64,000 bases of DNA from contig JAYWIR010000063.1 of the NCBI GenBank assembly GCA_036172245.1, positions 496,001 through 560,000 of the forward strand, written 5' to 3'. Below are positions 13,044 to 24,897 of this stretch, in pieces. The DNA is from Raillietiella orientalis. Lineage: Eukaryota. The translations under genes and the position numbers were made by a program. Every line of letters begins with the position of its first letter. Position 1 is the first letter of the stretch. The notes under the pieces were generated by a model, which made no database searches, was not told the origin of the DNA, and was given only the letters and a program-made list of their open reading frames with translations.

Positions 13044-16000
13044 TCAAAGGTGTGTAAACCGGCGATGTATTACGGTGATGTCCTCATTCACCTTGTCACG
13101 AAGATGAGACCACCTTGAAGCCTTCTCCATGAATTGAGCTGCAAGCAGGTGAGCCTCCCTTCGCTGCAATGACAACTCGAGGGCGTAGAGGGCCTTCACG
13201 ATGGCGCGAATGCAACACATGGTTGCAACAATCGCACCTACCGAAAATCCATCCCTTCTGAAGAAGCGCCACAGCACATCAATTGCAGTGCCTCCCTGCG
13301 GCAGGATGGCTGAAATCAGCCTTCGCCACAGTTCACGGAGGTCACCGCAGTCCAGCAAGAGGTGCGTAAAAGACTCGATTTCTCCGCACCTCAAACAGTT
13401 TGGCAAAGCAGCTCCCCCGGAAACGATGCTTCGCTGCCTATTACAGTGAAATGCACAATGTAAAAAGAGCAGCACATCTTGTTTCCACTTTAGAGGCAAC
13501 ACGGAGCTCTCCAAACAAAAGGAAGTAACCACTATCTCTTATGGGGCACACTTAAATGTTCGCTCCACCGAAGCAGGCCCTTTGCCCGATTCCTAGGAGT
13601 GGCGGCTTGCACCAGCTCCTTTGTCGTCCAGCTGCCAAAGAGCTAACTGACCCTCGCTATTTTAAAAAAGAACTCCCATTCCGCCGGTAGGCAACCGTCG
13701 TTGCTTGCCCCGAGAACAGACAGCGCTGCGGCGAGTGGTGTGGCGGCCAGACGATCCGACAACTTCTTGTTCTGCATGACTTCGTCCATTTGATGACTGA
13801 GGAGAAGTCGTAGGCGTCGAAGATCTTCCGATCGCGTTCCTTCGGAAGCTACCCACGATAAAAAAGATTCCTGCCGCCATGCAGTATTGTTCATTGAGGT
13901 GGCAGGAGATCCAGCTTTGGGCTTCCAGCAGTGAGGACAACTGCCTCAGCGGGTAGCCAAACCCTATTCCGGTGTGCCGAAAGTGGGGTAGCAACGAAAG
14001 CAGTCCCTCGCTTCCCGTGCAGCGCCTCATTATGAGGCATGCGGGTAAGCACCACGGCGTAAACCACTGCTTGGAACAGAGCCGCAGCATGCAAAACTGC
14101 ACCTGCAGTTCGATGCTGTTTAAGTCGAGGATGCCCAAGCCTGCATCCTGACGCGGCGCCACCAAGTCTTTAAGTCTAACACGGGATCTTGCAGCGCCCC
14201 ACAACGCTTTGCGAAAAAGGCGCTGCGCCCAGACTTTGACTTCCTGTGGGGGTGGACAAACAAAAAACTGGGGCGGAGGAGAGGGGCAACGAAGGTGTTC
14301 CAGATGCAGGCCCGTTCCGGCAAGACGAACTCGCCTCCTGAAAACGGGCCAAGTGCACGCTCTGCCTTCCGAAGGCAGTCCGACCACGCTTCTGAGATGC
14401 AGAAGTCGCCCAACGGCACGCCAAGGTACCTGAGGTACCTGCCCGTGGGAATCCCCAGGTCGATCCAGTCGGACTGCCCCTCTCACGTCGCACCCACCGG
14501 AACAACCATACACTTACTCCTGTTAACACTCACGCCCGCACCGCGACGAATCAACTCAAAGAAGTCTTCAAGCGATGTCGCCGGGGTGGACATGGGCAAC
14601 AGGAGAAGCAGGTCGTCGGCATAGGCTGCCACGGCCGGCGTACCTGGACAGGAACTCGGCAGGTTGGCTAGCGTCAGCCTGTAAGCCTCCAGCACCAATT
14701 CAAAATAGATGCTGAAGAGCAGCGCGCTTAAGCTATCACCCTGCCTAATTCCTCGTCGTACCGGCACGACATACACGCGACAGCCACTGAAAACAATGGA
14801 TGTAATCGCGTGGCGCCAGTAGGAGCGCATGTACGCCAACAGAGATGCCAGAAGACCCAGACGTTCCATAAGCTCAAGAAGAAGCTTTTGGTTCACGCAA
14901 TCGGAAGCTTTGTGCAAATCGACTGCAACCGGCAAGGCTCCCGGTGTCTCCCTCTGCGTCCCGCGCCTAAGTCGGTGTGAGATCGAAGGCGTCGCTTCCG
15001 CACGACGATCCACCGTCACACGATGCTGCAATTGCAGCCATGTGCGGATGAACAAGAGATTTGCGTCCATGGACCGCCCAGGAACAGCGTACGTCTGCTC
15101 CGGACTTACCAAGGAATCCGCGATCCTACCCATCCGCGCCACCGAAAGTTTCGAGAACAACTTGACATCCGAATTCACTGATGTGATCGGACGCCCGTTG
15201 TTCAGTTGGCGCAAATCTCCAAAATTCGGCAGTAGACGCACATTTGCTGATCAAAACGAGGCGGGTACATCGCCCGAGTCTCGCATCAGCGACGAGAGTT
15301 GGAGCACCAGGAGGATGAGCTCCGCCGCAAAACACTGGAAGAATTCCGCGGGGAACCCATCTTCGCCTTGCGCTTTTCGTTTCTTGAGCCCCGAGATGGC
15401 CGAAGAAATTCCCTCTGCCGTGAAGGGCTCATCAAGACGCGCGCGTTCCTCCTCGTCTACAACAGGTGCATCAATCGGCAGGAACAGCCCAGAAAGGCTG
15501 CGTTCCGTTGGTGCCTCTGCATACAGAGAAGAGTAATAGCGCCTGACTATTCATCGTACGTCGGCTGGAGCCCAGCATTCCCGGTCCTGGTCGTCGAGCA
15601 GAACTGTCGCCCCTGACTGCCAGACCTGGCGCTCGGCCTTGGCCTTGTACTCGGATAATCGACCAACGTCCGCGCGCCTGGAAAAACAGCGGGCCTGCAG
15701 AAAATCTCTGCTGTTAAGTACGCCCTCTCCGAAGCCGCGCCGAAGCTGGTGCAAGTGAAACCGTCAGCAGAACTCGCGGACCGATCTTTTCAGATCGTCG
15801 CAGTCCTCGAGCTCACTTATGGCAGAGCCAAGGAGGTACTGGCAAAGACGCTCAGCCGCCTCCGGGTGGCTCAGCCAGTCTGCCGGCATCGTCCAAAAAG
15901 AGTTTGGAAGCCCCTTGCCTGGCGGGAGAAACTCGAACTCGAGCCTGTTGTGGTCTGAAAGCACGGACGGCACGGGCCCTCTCCCACCCACTTGAGAGAG

Positions 16001-16615
16001 CAAGTGTTGTTCAAGGTAAACGTGGTCCGAATTTGCTAGCATAACAGGGTCGCTAGCGAACAAGTTGCACGCGTGGACGGACGCGCACATCTCTTTTGGT
16101 AGGAACTTTTCCCTTTTGTGGGATCTATTCTCGGAAAGCAGGTGGACGTTGAATTCCCCCGCAATGAGATGGGCCACAGTAGGGTGCGATCGAGTGAGCC
16201 ACTAACTTTGAAGGGTACCGAAGAACTCAAGGCTTTCGGCCCATCGTCCAGCACCGCTCGGCGCGTACACGTTGGTTACGACAAGGTCGATCGAGTCCAA
16301 CCACTTGAGTACAAGCTGTCCCACTCGACCTTCCGTGTCGAAACGAAAGCTGCGCACCGCTCCCGCCAAAGTTCCTCGCACGAGGAAAGCGACGCCGCAC
16401 GTACGCGCAACGCCGCACCTATGAAGTAGCGTTCCGCCCGCGCGCCGTTCGATTTCGGCAGCCTGCTCTTCGGAGATGCTGTGAATCTCCTGCAGGAGCG
16501 TCAAGTCGCAGGCGCGCAGAGCGTGAGCCACTAGTTGCCTCTTCTCGTCGTGTTGAAGCCCGTTGACGGTCCAAGACGTCACAACAACACGACGAGAAGA
16601 CGCGATTGCCCTCAT
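13044..16615 (-). pseudogene. C ORF2 (EN-RT-zinc knuckle), multiple stops and frameshifts
   Basis: SWTVNG, LQEIH, NVYAP, GEFN, SDH; DLHKASD, GIRQGDSLS, YADD; CLRCGEIESFTHLLLDC. Confidence 0.92.
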
Positions 16616-17289
16616 GGCGGCTGGGAAAGCGAGGCCATGGTGCTCGCCTCACCCGGCAAGCGGGAGGTAAGCAGCACGACGGACTGGAGGGCGCGGTCGC
16701 CACCGGCCTCGAATGTGCTGCACGTAATCGAGTGCTCCTCCCCGGGTGCAGAACCTGTGGATTCCGGGGTGAGCACTCGCCGTTCTGCGGTGAGTGTGTC
16801 ACGCCTTAGGGCTTCAACCCAGGGGGCGCTCGCTCCCGGGCGAGTAACGCGTCGTTCAGCGGCGCAATGGGACTCCTTTGGGGAGTCTGATGCTCGCACG
16901 ATCGACGAAAGCTTGCATCCGTCCGATTGCACCGGAATGGTCTTCTCGGTGGTTACAGAAGCGGACTTGCACGCGTTAGAGGCGCTGGCTTTTTCCTGGG
17001 AAGAGGCACAAGCTGCGCGTGGTTTCGTATTCGCGCGACTGCTTTTTCCTTTGGAAGAGCTCAAAGATGGATGTTGAGAAGCTTCTTTTGGAGATTTTTC
17101 TTTCCTCCTTTACACAACCTTACATTCGCCTTCGCGATTTTCGGAGGCTTTCGCGACAGATGTTGCGGAAACCTCCGGGATTTTCGCTGCGTTCTCTAGG
17201 GGAGCTGCGTTCCCTACGCCTTTTAAAGGCGGCAACGGAGTCACCTTCTTGACCGTCGGGAGATTGCTCCTCTCCTGCCGATTCAATGA

Positions 17290-20200
17290 ACCTGATTCGC
17301 GGCTCAAAGTATTGTGCGCACGACAACTTAATCAGTTAATTGTGATCGTGTGTGCCCGGAGAGGGGAAGTTTCCAGACGAAACTACAAAAGAAGCGCCAA
17401 GGAAATCGCCGCGGAAGACCTTCAGTAGTCCCGTGCAGCATGACCAGCTGCCAGGATGCAGGCACCTGGAGGAGGAGTGGAGAGACCGTCGTCCCCCATG
17501 GAAGCCATGGAGGTAACGTGCGGCAACGGCGAGGCGGTGGCAGGCATGCCGAGGATCGCGCCCGCAGCAGGCTTTGCTGCGCCGGCGGCGGCGACGCCAA
17601 GGGTCGTGCCCGCGGCGACGACGGCGGAGGTCGTGCCCGCGGCGGCGATGCCGAGGATCGTGCCCGCGGCGGGGAAGGTTGCGCCTGCGGCGGCGATGCC
17701 GAGTGTGCCGCCCGCGGCGGCAACGGTGGCGACGTCGAGGGTTGCGCTCGCGGCGGCGGCGTCCCAGGCAGAACCCGCAGGCGTCCACGCGGTTCAGGGC
17801 GAGACGCCATCTTGTTCGGCTGCGGCGTCGCAGCCCTTTTCTTATGCGTTGGTGGCGGCTGGACAAGTGGGTGTCCACCCACCTAGAAAATTCGGAAAGC
17901 CGCTATGCGGCAAAGTCCAAAAGGTGGATCGGACAATCGTGGATTTAGGGCCGAATGTGAAGCCCATCATTTTCAAGACTGAGCTGATCAAATTCAATAA
18001 TATCAGGAAGGTGTATCTGTCCCTCGATAAAACGGATATTAATTTTGATCGCATAAAAGCGATCATATCGGCAAATAACGGGTTCACAGTTTTTATAGAC
18101 TGTGCAAATATTAAAGAGCGATTGATCCAGAAGGAGATCAATATACAAGGGAGGATGGTTTCTGGTATTGGCAAAATGCCATACACAACCGTCTTTCTGA
18201 ACGGGATCTCCATCCTCACACCGCAACTAACGGTGTAGAATTTTTGGAGCTGTATGGGGAAGTTCTGGACCTTGAATTGCAGAACTTCTCTGGAAATATA
18301 TTTTCTAGCGACATGATCGCCAAAATGAAGTTGAAAGAGGGAGCTGTGATCCCTGGATTAGCCGTTCTTGACGAACAATCTCAGGGAGTGAACGTGCGTT
18401 ACCGGCAACAGCCGATATTCTGCACCGGGTGCAAGCAGTTCGGCCACAGGGCCGGCGCTTGCCCAACGTGTCGTTGTTTTCGCTGCGGCAAAGTAGGACA
18501 TTAAGTCCGAAACTGCCTGCAGCCGGAGGTGTGCTCCTTCTGCAAGAAACACGGACATGCCAAATGGAGCTGTCCGGAGTTTGCAAACTGCAGAAGGATT
18601 CGAGGTCTCTCTCCCGTAAGAGAGAGAAACACCAAGGAGGCGGAACAGCCTCAGAAGGCAGGAAGGCCGAAAAAGGTGAAAGAAGCCGTCCCGGTATCGG
18701 AAGACGGCTTCATACAGGTAGGGAAGAAAGGAAAGAGGAGGATGCTCGTCAAGGAGCAAGAAACCCCTCTTATCCTGGAAGGTGAAGAGCAAGAAGGCGA
18801 GAAGATGGAGGTAGCGCAGGAAGGCGCGGAAGACGAAAAAGCCGAAGCCACTCCGGTGTCACAGGAGGCCCTGCAATCTACGGAGGAGTTGGCATCACTG
18901 GCTAATGTAGTCCTAGAGGTGCAGAGCGGTCCCCAGCAAGAGAAAATCTTGCAGAAGATCTGCAATGCACAGGAGAAGGTCAACCAGGTTGTGGAGGTCA
19001 CCGAGCGCAAAAAGCTAGAGGAACAGCTTCTCGACGTAAAGGCGAACTTCTGCGCCAAGGTCCAGAGAGAGACGCTATCTCGAAAACTGATCGAGCGGGC
19101 CGAACACTCGACGGAGGAGGCGGAAGTAACCGACCTTACCGGAACAGAGAGTGACGCCGGCAGCGAGAAGCCCGCTGCTTCTTCATTGTCTGGAAGAGCA
19201 CGCTTTCTCAGACAGAAGAAGCTCAGGAAGGCCAAGAACTAGGTCTTCCCCTTTTATGACCTCTTCCCTATCGACCGCCAGGAGGCTGAACATCGCCTCC
19301 TGGAATGTAAACGGTATGGTCGACCAGGGAAAAAGAAAAAGGATTGTGCGGACTATCGCACAACAAGACAGTGTGCCTGCAGGAGACCCACAAGATGGGT
19401 CTCGAGATTAGTCAGCAAATGGAACGGCGATTCAACGGGAAGATTTTCGTCAGCGAGGGAGAACGGAACACGCAGGGTGTGGCGGTCCTAATCAAGAAAA
19501 ACTTGGCCCCCACTATTCTGGAAGTGTTCTGTCCCCAACCCGGACGAATCATCGGCGTGCGACTGGCCTGGTCCGCTACTGTTCACCTCATCCTGGTGAA
19601 TGTGTACGGGCCGCACAGGCTAAAACATCGTTGTGCGGAGGCGCTGCATGCAGCACTCCGTGAAAAGGTTGCTTCCAAGGACGTCGTGATTGTTGCTGGC
19701 GATCTCAACATATTGGATGAGATCACTCACTCCGAAGATGCCAGCGGAAGGACGGCGTATCGGCGGTTATCCGACGAGTTCGGACTGGTGTGGCGAACTG
19801 CAAGTCACAAGCCGATCGATCTCGTCCTGCACAGCACCGAACTTGGGAATCGCATCCAGGGTTTTCGAGACATTATGACCACGGTGTCCGATCACCCCCT
19901 GGAGCGGTTTTCCCTAAGAACGGGGAATCCTCGGCGGAGGCAACGCACCAGGGCGGCGCTCATCAGCATGCCCGCCTGGTTCGTAACCCATCCCGGACAT
20001 CAGGCTGTCCTGGAGACGATTCTGAAGGCAACAACAATCCGAAGAGTCGCCGACTGGGACAGCCTGAAACACAGGATACACCTGTTTGCAAACATGCAGT
20101 TCGGAGATAGGCGCTTGAGGCAGGAGGCGTACCGGGAGCTGAACATCCAAGATCGCTCACTCTCAAAGTACTTCGATCAGTACGAGAGTCGGTACGTCTT

Positions 20201-22911
20201 CAAGAACATAAAAGGGGAAGTCGGCGTGCTGGAGAAAAGAAATCTGGCAACAGATATCTTGTGCATCCAGTACGACGGTCAAAAGCGACAGTCGTCTGAG
20301 GACATCGTGGATGCCTTTCAAAGGCATTACATGAAACACTTTAGGCGACAACATCTCTGTCGCTCTAGTCAACAGGCCTTTCTGAGCTACCTCGAGAAGA
20401 GGACCGACGATCTCCAGCGGAACAGACTGGAGGAGGAATTCTCCGAAGACGAGGTGAAGACTGCGTTTGGTCAACTACGCAAGGACGTGGCAGCGGGCCC
20501 AGACAGCGTACCCATCACTCACTATCAGCGGTACTTGCATGCCTACCTGCGTTTGTTCCACCAGTTGACCCTCTGCATCCGTGAAGAAGGAAGACTTCCA
20601 CAGTCCTTATACGAGAGTCGGATGAGATTGTTGCCAAAAGGAGGCGACCTCACGCAGGTCGCTCAATGGAGGCCAATCTCGATTCTGAACTCGGATGCCA
20701 AGTGGTTGGCGAAGATCTGGTCCAACCGCTTAGGCAAGGTCATGTCGAGGCTCATCTCTCCGGTCCAAACGTGTGCAGTCCCTGGACGTTACATGTCGGA
20801 CAATGTCGAGTGTGCCCAGGCCACCGTCGGACTCAGCCGATACGTCGGCGAGAATCTGGCGCTGGTGTTCACTGACATGGAGAAGGCTTTCGACTCCATC
20901 GACCATGGGATGCTGCTGAAGGTTCTGGAGAAGCTAGGCCTTTCGGAACACTTCAGCAACTTCGTGAGGGTGGTACTTCAGAACCAGTACTGCCGAATCA
21001 AAATCAACGGCCAGGAGACGGCAGCAATCCGGATGGAACGGGGAGTCCGGCAGGGCGATTCGCTAAGTCCGATGCTGTTCGTCATCTACATGGAGGCGTT
21101 GTCGTCCTTTATCGAGAAGAGCGAACGACTGCAAGGCATAAGAATCGATGACCAGCGTCTTACCCATCTGGCATACGCTGATGATCCACTCTTCTTTATC
21201 AAGAGAGAGAAATCAACGAGCGTTTCTGGATGTAATAGAGCTGATGGATCAAGGCCTGGGTCTAAAGATCAACGTCCAGAAAAGCTAGCTCTTGCCCGTT
21301 GGAATCCTCGATCTCTCCACTCTAGCGGGGAGAGGATTCCGAACGGTGGACAAGGCCAAGTACCTGGGTGTCTACATTGGCGACGTCTCTGCGTCGAAGC
21401 TATTGTGGACCGAGATCCTAGGGAAAACGGCCAAGGAAGCAGCCAAGTACACCCGAACGGACCTTGGAATGAAGCGAAAGGCCAACATATGGAACGGAGT
21501 ACTCCTTCCAAAAGTGCTCTTCGGGGCGGCCTTCGCGAGGATGAACAAGGAAACCACGAAGGAGTTCGACAAGCTGCAGAGAAAAACACTGTGGGGCCAC
21601 TATCGCCCAAGAGTCCGACTAAAACCCCTGTGTCGTCCCAGGGAAGAAGGCGGTTCCGGGATGAAGTCGTTTGCACACTCCATAGAAATCATGGATACGC
21701 GACACATCCTGGACATTGCCACTCACTGGGATGACTGGCCGTATGCCGCGCACAGGGCCTACGCGTTGTTGTTGAACAACTCGAAAGGCCTGATGACTGC
21801 GCTGCTAGGCCGAGCAGGCGAATGGAAAAAAATCGACCCAACCTGGACGAGGAAGCAACGGCTGGTGCGAAAGCACAAAATCAAGATCGTGCCGAGAAGT
21901 AGGGAACTCTGGCAGGACGAGTTCATCCTGGTGATCCCTTGGATGCTTCCTGTCCCGCCGGACACGAGAAGCTGGATCCACCAGCGGTCCAGAGTTACCC
22001 TTCAACGAATCCAGGAGTGGAAACGTAAAGGGTACCTACATCACACTCGTATACTTAGGTATATAGAGATGATGTTAGGAAGGTTTACCCACATGACTCG
22101 CGAAGTGTGGTTCAACCACAACGACTTTGCGTGGTCTAGGGTAACCAAAACAAACCTCCGAAGACTAATTCAAGAAGAACATAGTGATATCAGTGCCCTC
22201 CAGGAAGCCGCCGATCGCTACGGGAGTGACCGGATCAACCTGTTAGCGATTGGCACGACGCTCTGGAGGAGTGACCTTCCGCCGGGCACCCAGGATGACC
22301 TCCTGATGTTTTATCATGGAGGAATCCAGAGTGGGTCCCGATCGCAGCACTACACCGGAAGAAGGGAAGATCGAGACTGCAGAGCATGTGGAGACATCGA
22401 CACGAGACTTCACGTCTTGACGTGTCCCACATTGCTGCATGACTGGCTGATCCTGAAAAGGATCATCGGACTCACCACCAGTTCCGTAATGGAGATCCTC
22501 GCCGGGATGTTTCAGGGGGATGGTAATGTTCCCTGTTACAATCCCATGGTGAGGACGACCATCGCCCTCTTCATCATCGCCATACTTGTGCGGTGGTGGA
22601 AAATGAGGAAAGCCAGAAGAGCCGCACCACCGATGGAGATCCTACAAGGGCTCCTGAAGAGGGAAATCGGCATTAGAAACTTTGGGAAAATCCAAGCCTG
22701 GACGTACCGATTCATCCTGAAGAGGATAGAAGACGACGCCCGGGACCAAACAGTAGGAAACCCACCATGAGTGCAGAACTTGTGAGAATCCAAGGACTTC
22801 ATAGTGGTAAAAAAAAGTGCTAATGGTATGGATGAGATTGTAGTGTGAATGTTTTTATAGAAAAATTTTAGAAAAATAAATTTACCCCACCCTCTTGGGA
22901 CTTGGGGAAAA
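17290..22911 (+). mobile_element. L1/Tx1-like LINE B1, full length, decayed
   Basis: Colinear with B2; ORF1 stops at 18238 and 18504, ORF2 frameshifts near 19370 and 21205; ends AATAAA..CCCCA..TGGGG-AAAA. Confidence 0.95.
17540..17770 (+). repeat. GC-rich ~27-30 bp coding minisatellite in B ORF1 (also ~23180-23410)
   Basis: Repeated PR(I/V)VPAAA-type units, e.g. gccgaggatcgtgcccgcggcg. Confidence 0.8.
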
Positions 22912-23096
22912 CTGCCGAGTCGGCGAACTTGCTCCGCGGCTCAAAGTATTGTGCGATTGACAAAGTAATCAGTTAATTGTGCTCGTGTGTGCCCGGAGAG
23001 GGGAAGTTTTCCAGACGAAACTAAAAGAAAAGAAGCGGCGAGGAGATCGCGGCAAAAGACCTGCAGTGGTCCCGTGCAGCAAGACCAGCTGCCAGG

Positions 23097-24884
23097 ATGC
23101 AGGCACATAGAGGAGGAGTGGAGAGACCGTCGTCCCCCATGGAAGCCATGCAGGTAACGTGCGGCAACGGCGAGGCGGTGGCAGGCATGCCGAGGATCGC
23201 GCCCGCGGCGGGCTTTGCTGCGCCGGCGGCGGCGATGCCAAGGGTCGTGCCCGCGGCGACGACGGCGGAGGTCGTGCCAGCGGCGGCGACGCCGAGGATC
23301 GTGCCCGCGGCGGGGAAGGTCGCGCCTGCGGCGGCGATGCCGAGGGTGCCGCCCGCGGCGGTAACGGCGGCAACGTCGAGGTTTGCGCCCGCGGCGGGGG
23401 CGTCCCAGGCGGGACCCGCGGGCGTCCACGCGGTGCAGGGAGCGACGCCATCTTGTTCGGCTGCGGCGTCGCAGCCCTTTTCTTATGCGTCGGTGGCGGC
23501 TGGACAGGCGAGTGTACACCCACCTAGGAAATTCGGTAAGCCGCTTAGCGGAAAAGTTCTAAAAGTGGACCGACCAATAGTCGAAATAGGCCCCAACGTG
23601 AAGCCCATTATCTTCAAGACGGGGCTAATAAAATTTAATAACATCAGGGAGGTCTATTTGTCCCTCGACAAGACGGACATAGACTTTGATCGCATTCAGG
23701 CGATCATTCCATCGAACAACGGGTTCACAGTCTTTACAGACTGTGAAAACATTAGAGAGCGATTGATCCAGAAGGGGATCAATATACAAGGACGGATGGT
23801 TTGTGGTATTGGCAAGATGCCATACACAACCGTCTTTTTAAACGGCATCTCCATCCTCACACCGCAACTAGCGGTGTGGAATTACTTGGAGCAGTTTGGG
23901 GAAGTTCTGGACCTTGATTTCCAGAACTTCTCTGGAAACATATTTTCTGGCGACATGATCGCCAAGATGAAGTTGAGGGAAGGAGCGGTGATCCCTGGAT
24001 TGGCCGTTATTGACGAACAATCCCAGGGAGTGAATGTGCGTTACCGGCAACAACCGGTATTCTGCACCGGGTGCAAGCAGTTCGGCCACAGGGCCGGCGC
24101 TTGCCGAACGTGTCGTTGTTTTTGCTGCGGCAAAGTAGGACATCAAGTCCGAAACTGCCCGCAGCCGGAGGTGTGCTCCTTCTGCAAGAAACACGGACAT
24201 GCGAAATGGAGCTGTCCGGAGTTTGAAAACTGCAGAAGGATTCGAGGTCTTTCTCCCGTGAGAGAGAGAAACATCAAGGAGGCCGAACAGCCTCAGAAGA
24301 CAGGAAGGCAGAAAAAAGTGAAAGAAGCCGTCCCGGTGTCGGCGGACGGCTTCATAGAAGTGGGAAAGAAGGGAAAGAGGAGGATGCTCGTCAAGGAGCA
24401 AGGAACTCCTCAAATTTTGGAAGCAGCAGAGCAGGAAGGCGAGAAGATGGAGGTAGCGCAGGAAGGAGCGAAGGAAGAGAGACAGGAAGCCACTAAAGTG
24501 TCGCAGGAGGCTCTGCAGACTACGGAGGAGTTGGCAACACTGGCGGAGGAGATCATGGAGGTGCAGAGCGGTCCTCAGCAAGAGAAAATCTTGCAGAAGA
24601 TCTGCACTACACAAGAGAACATCAACCAGGTGGTGGAGGTCGCTGAACGCGAGAAGTTAGAGGAACAGCTTCTCGACGTGAAGGCGAACTTCTGCGCCAA
24701 GGTCGAGATAGAGGCGCTATCTCGAAAATCGATCGCGCAGGCGGAACACTCTACGGAGGAGGCGGAAATTACCGACCTCACAGGTACGGAGAGTGACGCC
24801 GGCAGCGAGAAGCCCGCTGCTTCTTCATTGTCTGGAAGAGCACGCTCTCTCAGACAGAAGAAGCTCAGGAAGGACAAAAAATAG
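23097..24884 (+). CDS. B2 ORF1, gag-like protein with three CCHC knuckles
   Basis: 595-aa open frame; CTGCKQFGHRAGAC, CFCCGKVGHQVRNC, CSFCKKHGHAKWSC; coiled-coil-like and basic C-terminus. Confidence 0.92.
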   Translation: MQAHRGGVERPSSPMEAMQVTCGNGEAVAGMPRIAPAAGFAAPAAAMPRVVPAATTAEVVPAAATPRIVPAAGKVAPAAAMPRVPPAAVTAATSRFAPAAGASQAGPAGVHAVQGATPSCSAAASQPFSYASVAAGQASVHPPRKFGKPLSGKVLKVDRPIVEIGPNVKPIIFKTGLIKFNNIREVYLSLDKTDIDFDRIQAIIPSNNGFTVFTDCENIRERLIQKGINIQGRMVCGIGKMPYTTVFLNGISILTPQLAVWNYLEQFGEVLDLDFQNFSGNIFSGDMIAKMKLREGAVIPGLAVIDEQSQGVNVRYRQQPVFCTGCKQFGHRAGACRTCRCFCCGKVGHQVRNCPQPEVCSFCKKHGHAKWSCPEFENCRRIRGLSPVRERNIKEAEQPQKTGRQKKVKEAVPVSADGFIEVGKKGKRRMLVKEQGTPQILEAAEQEGEKMEVAQEGAKEERQEATKVSQEALQTTEELATLAEEIMEVQSGPQQEKILQKICTTQENINQVVEVAEREKLEEQLLDVKANFCAKVEIEALSRKSIAQAEHSTEEAEITDLTGTESDAGSEKPAASSLSGRARSLRQKKLRKDKK

Positions 24885-24897
24885 GTCTTCCCCTTTT

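Noticed and set aside
17540..17770. CRISPR-like array
   Set aside because: Degenerate in-frame coding minisatellite without unique spacers; eukaryotic context, no cas genes
22880..22955. HDV-like or hammerhead ribozyme at the B1/B2 junction
   Set aside because: Fully explained as B1 3' hairpin plus TSD plus B2 5' end; no catalytic core found
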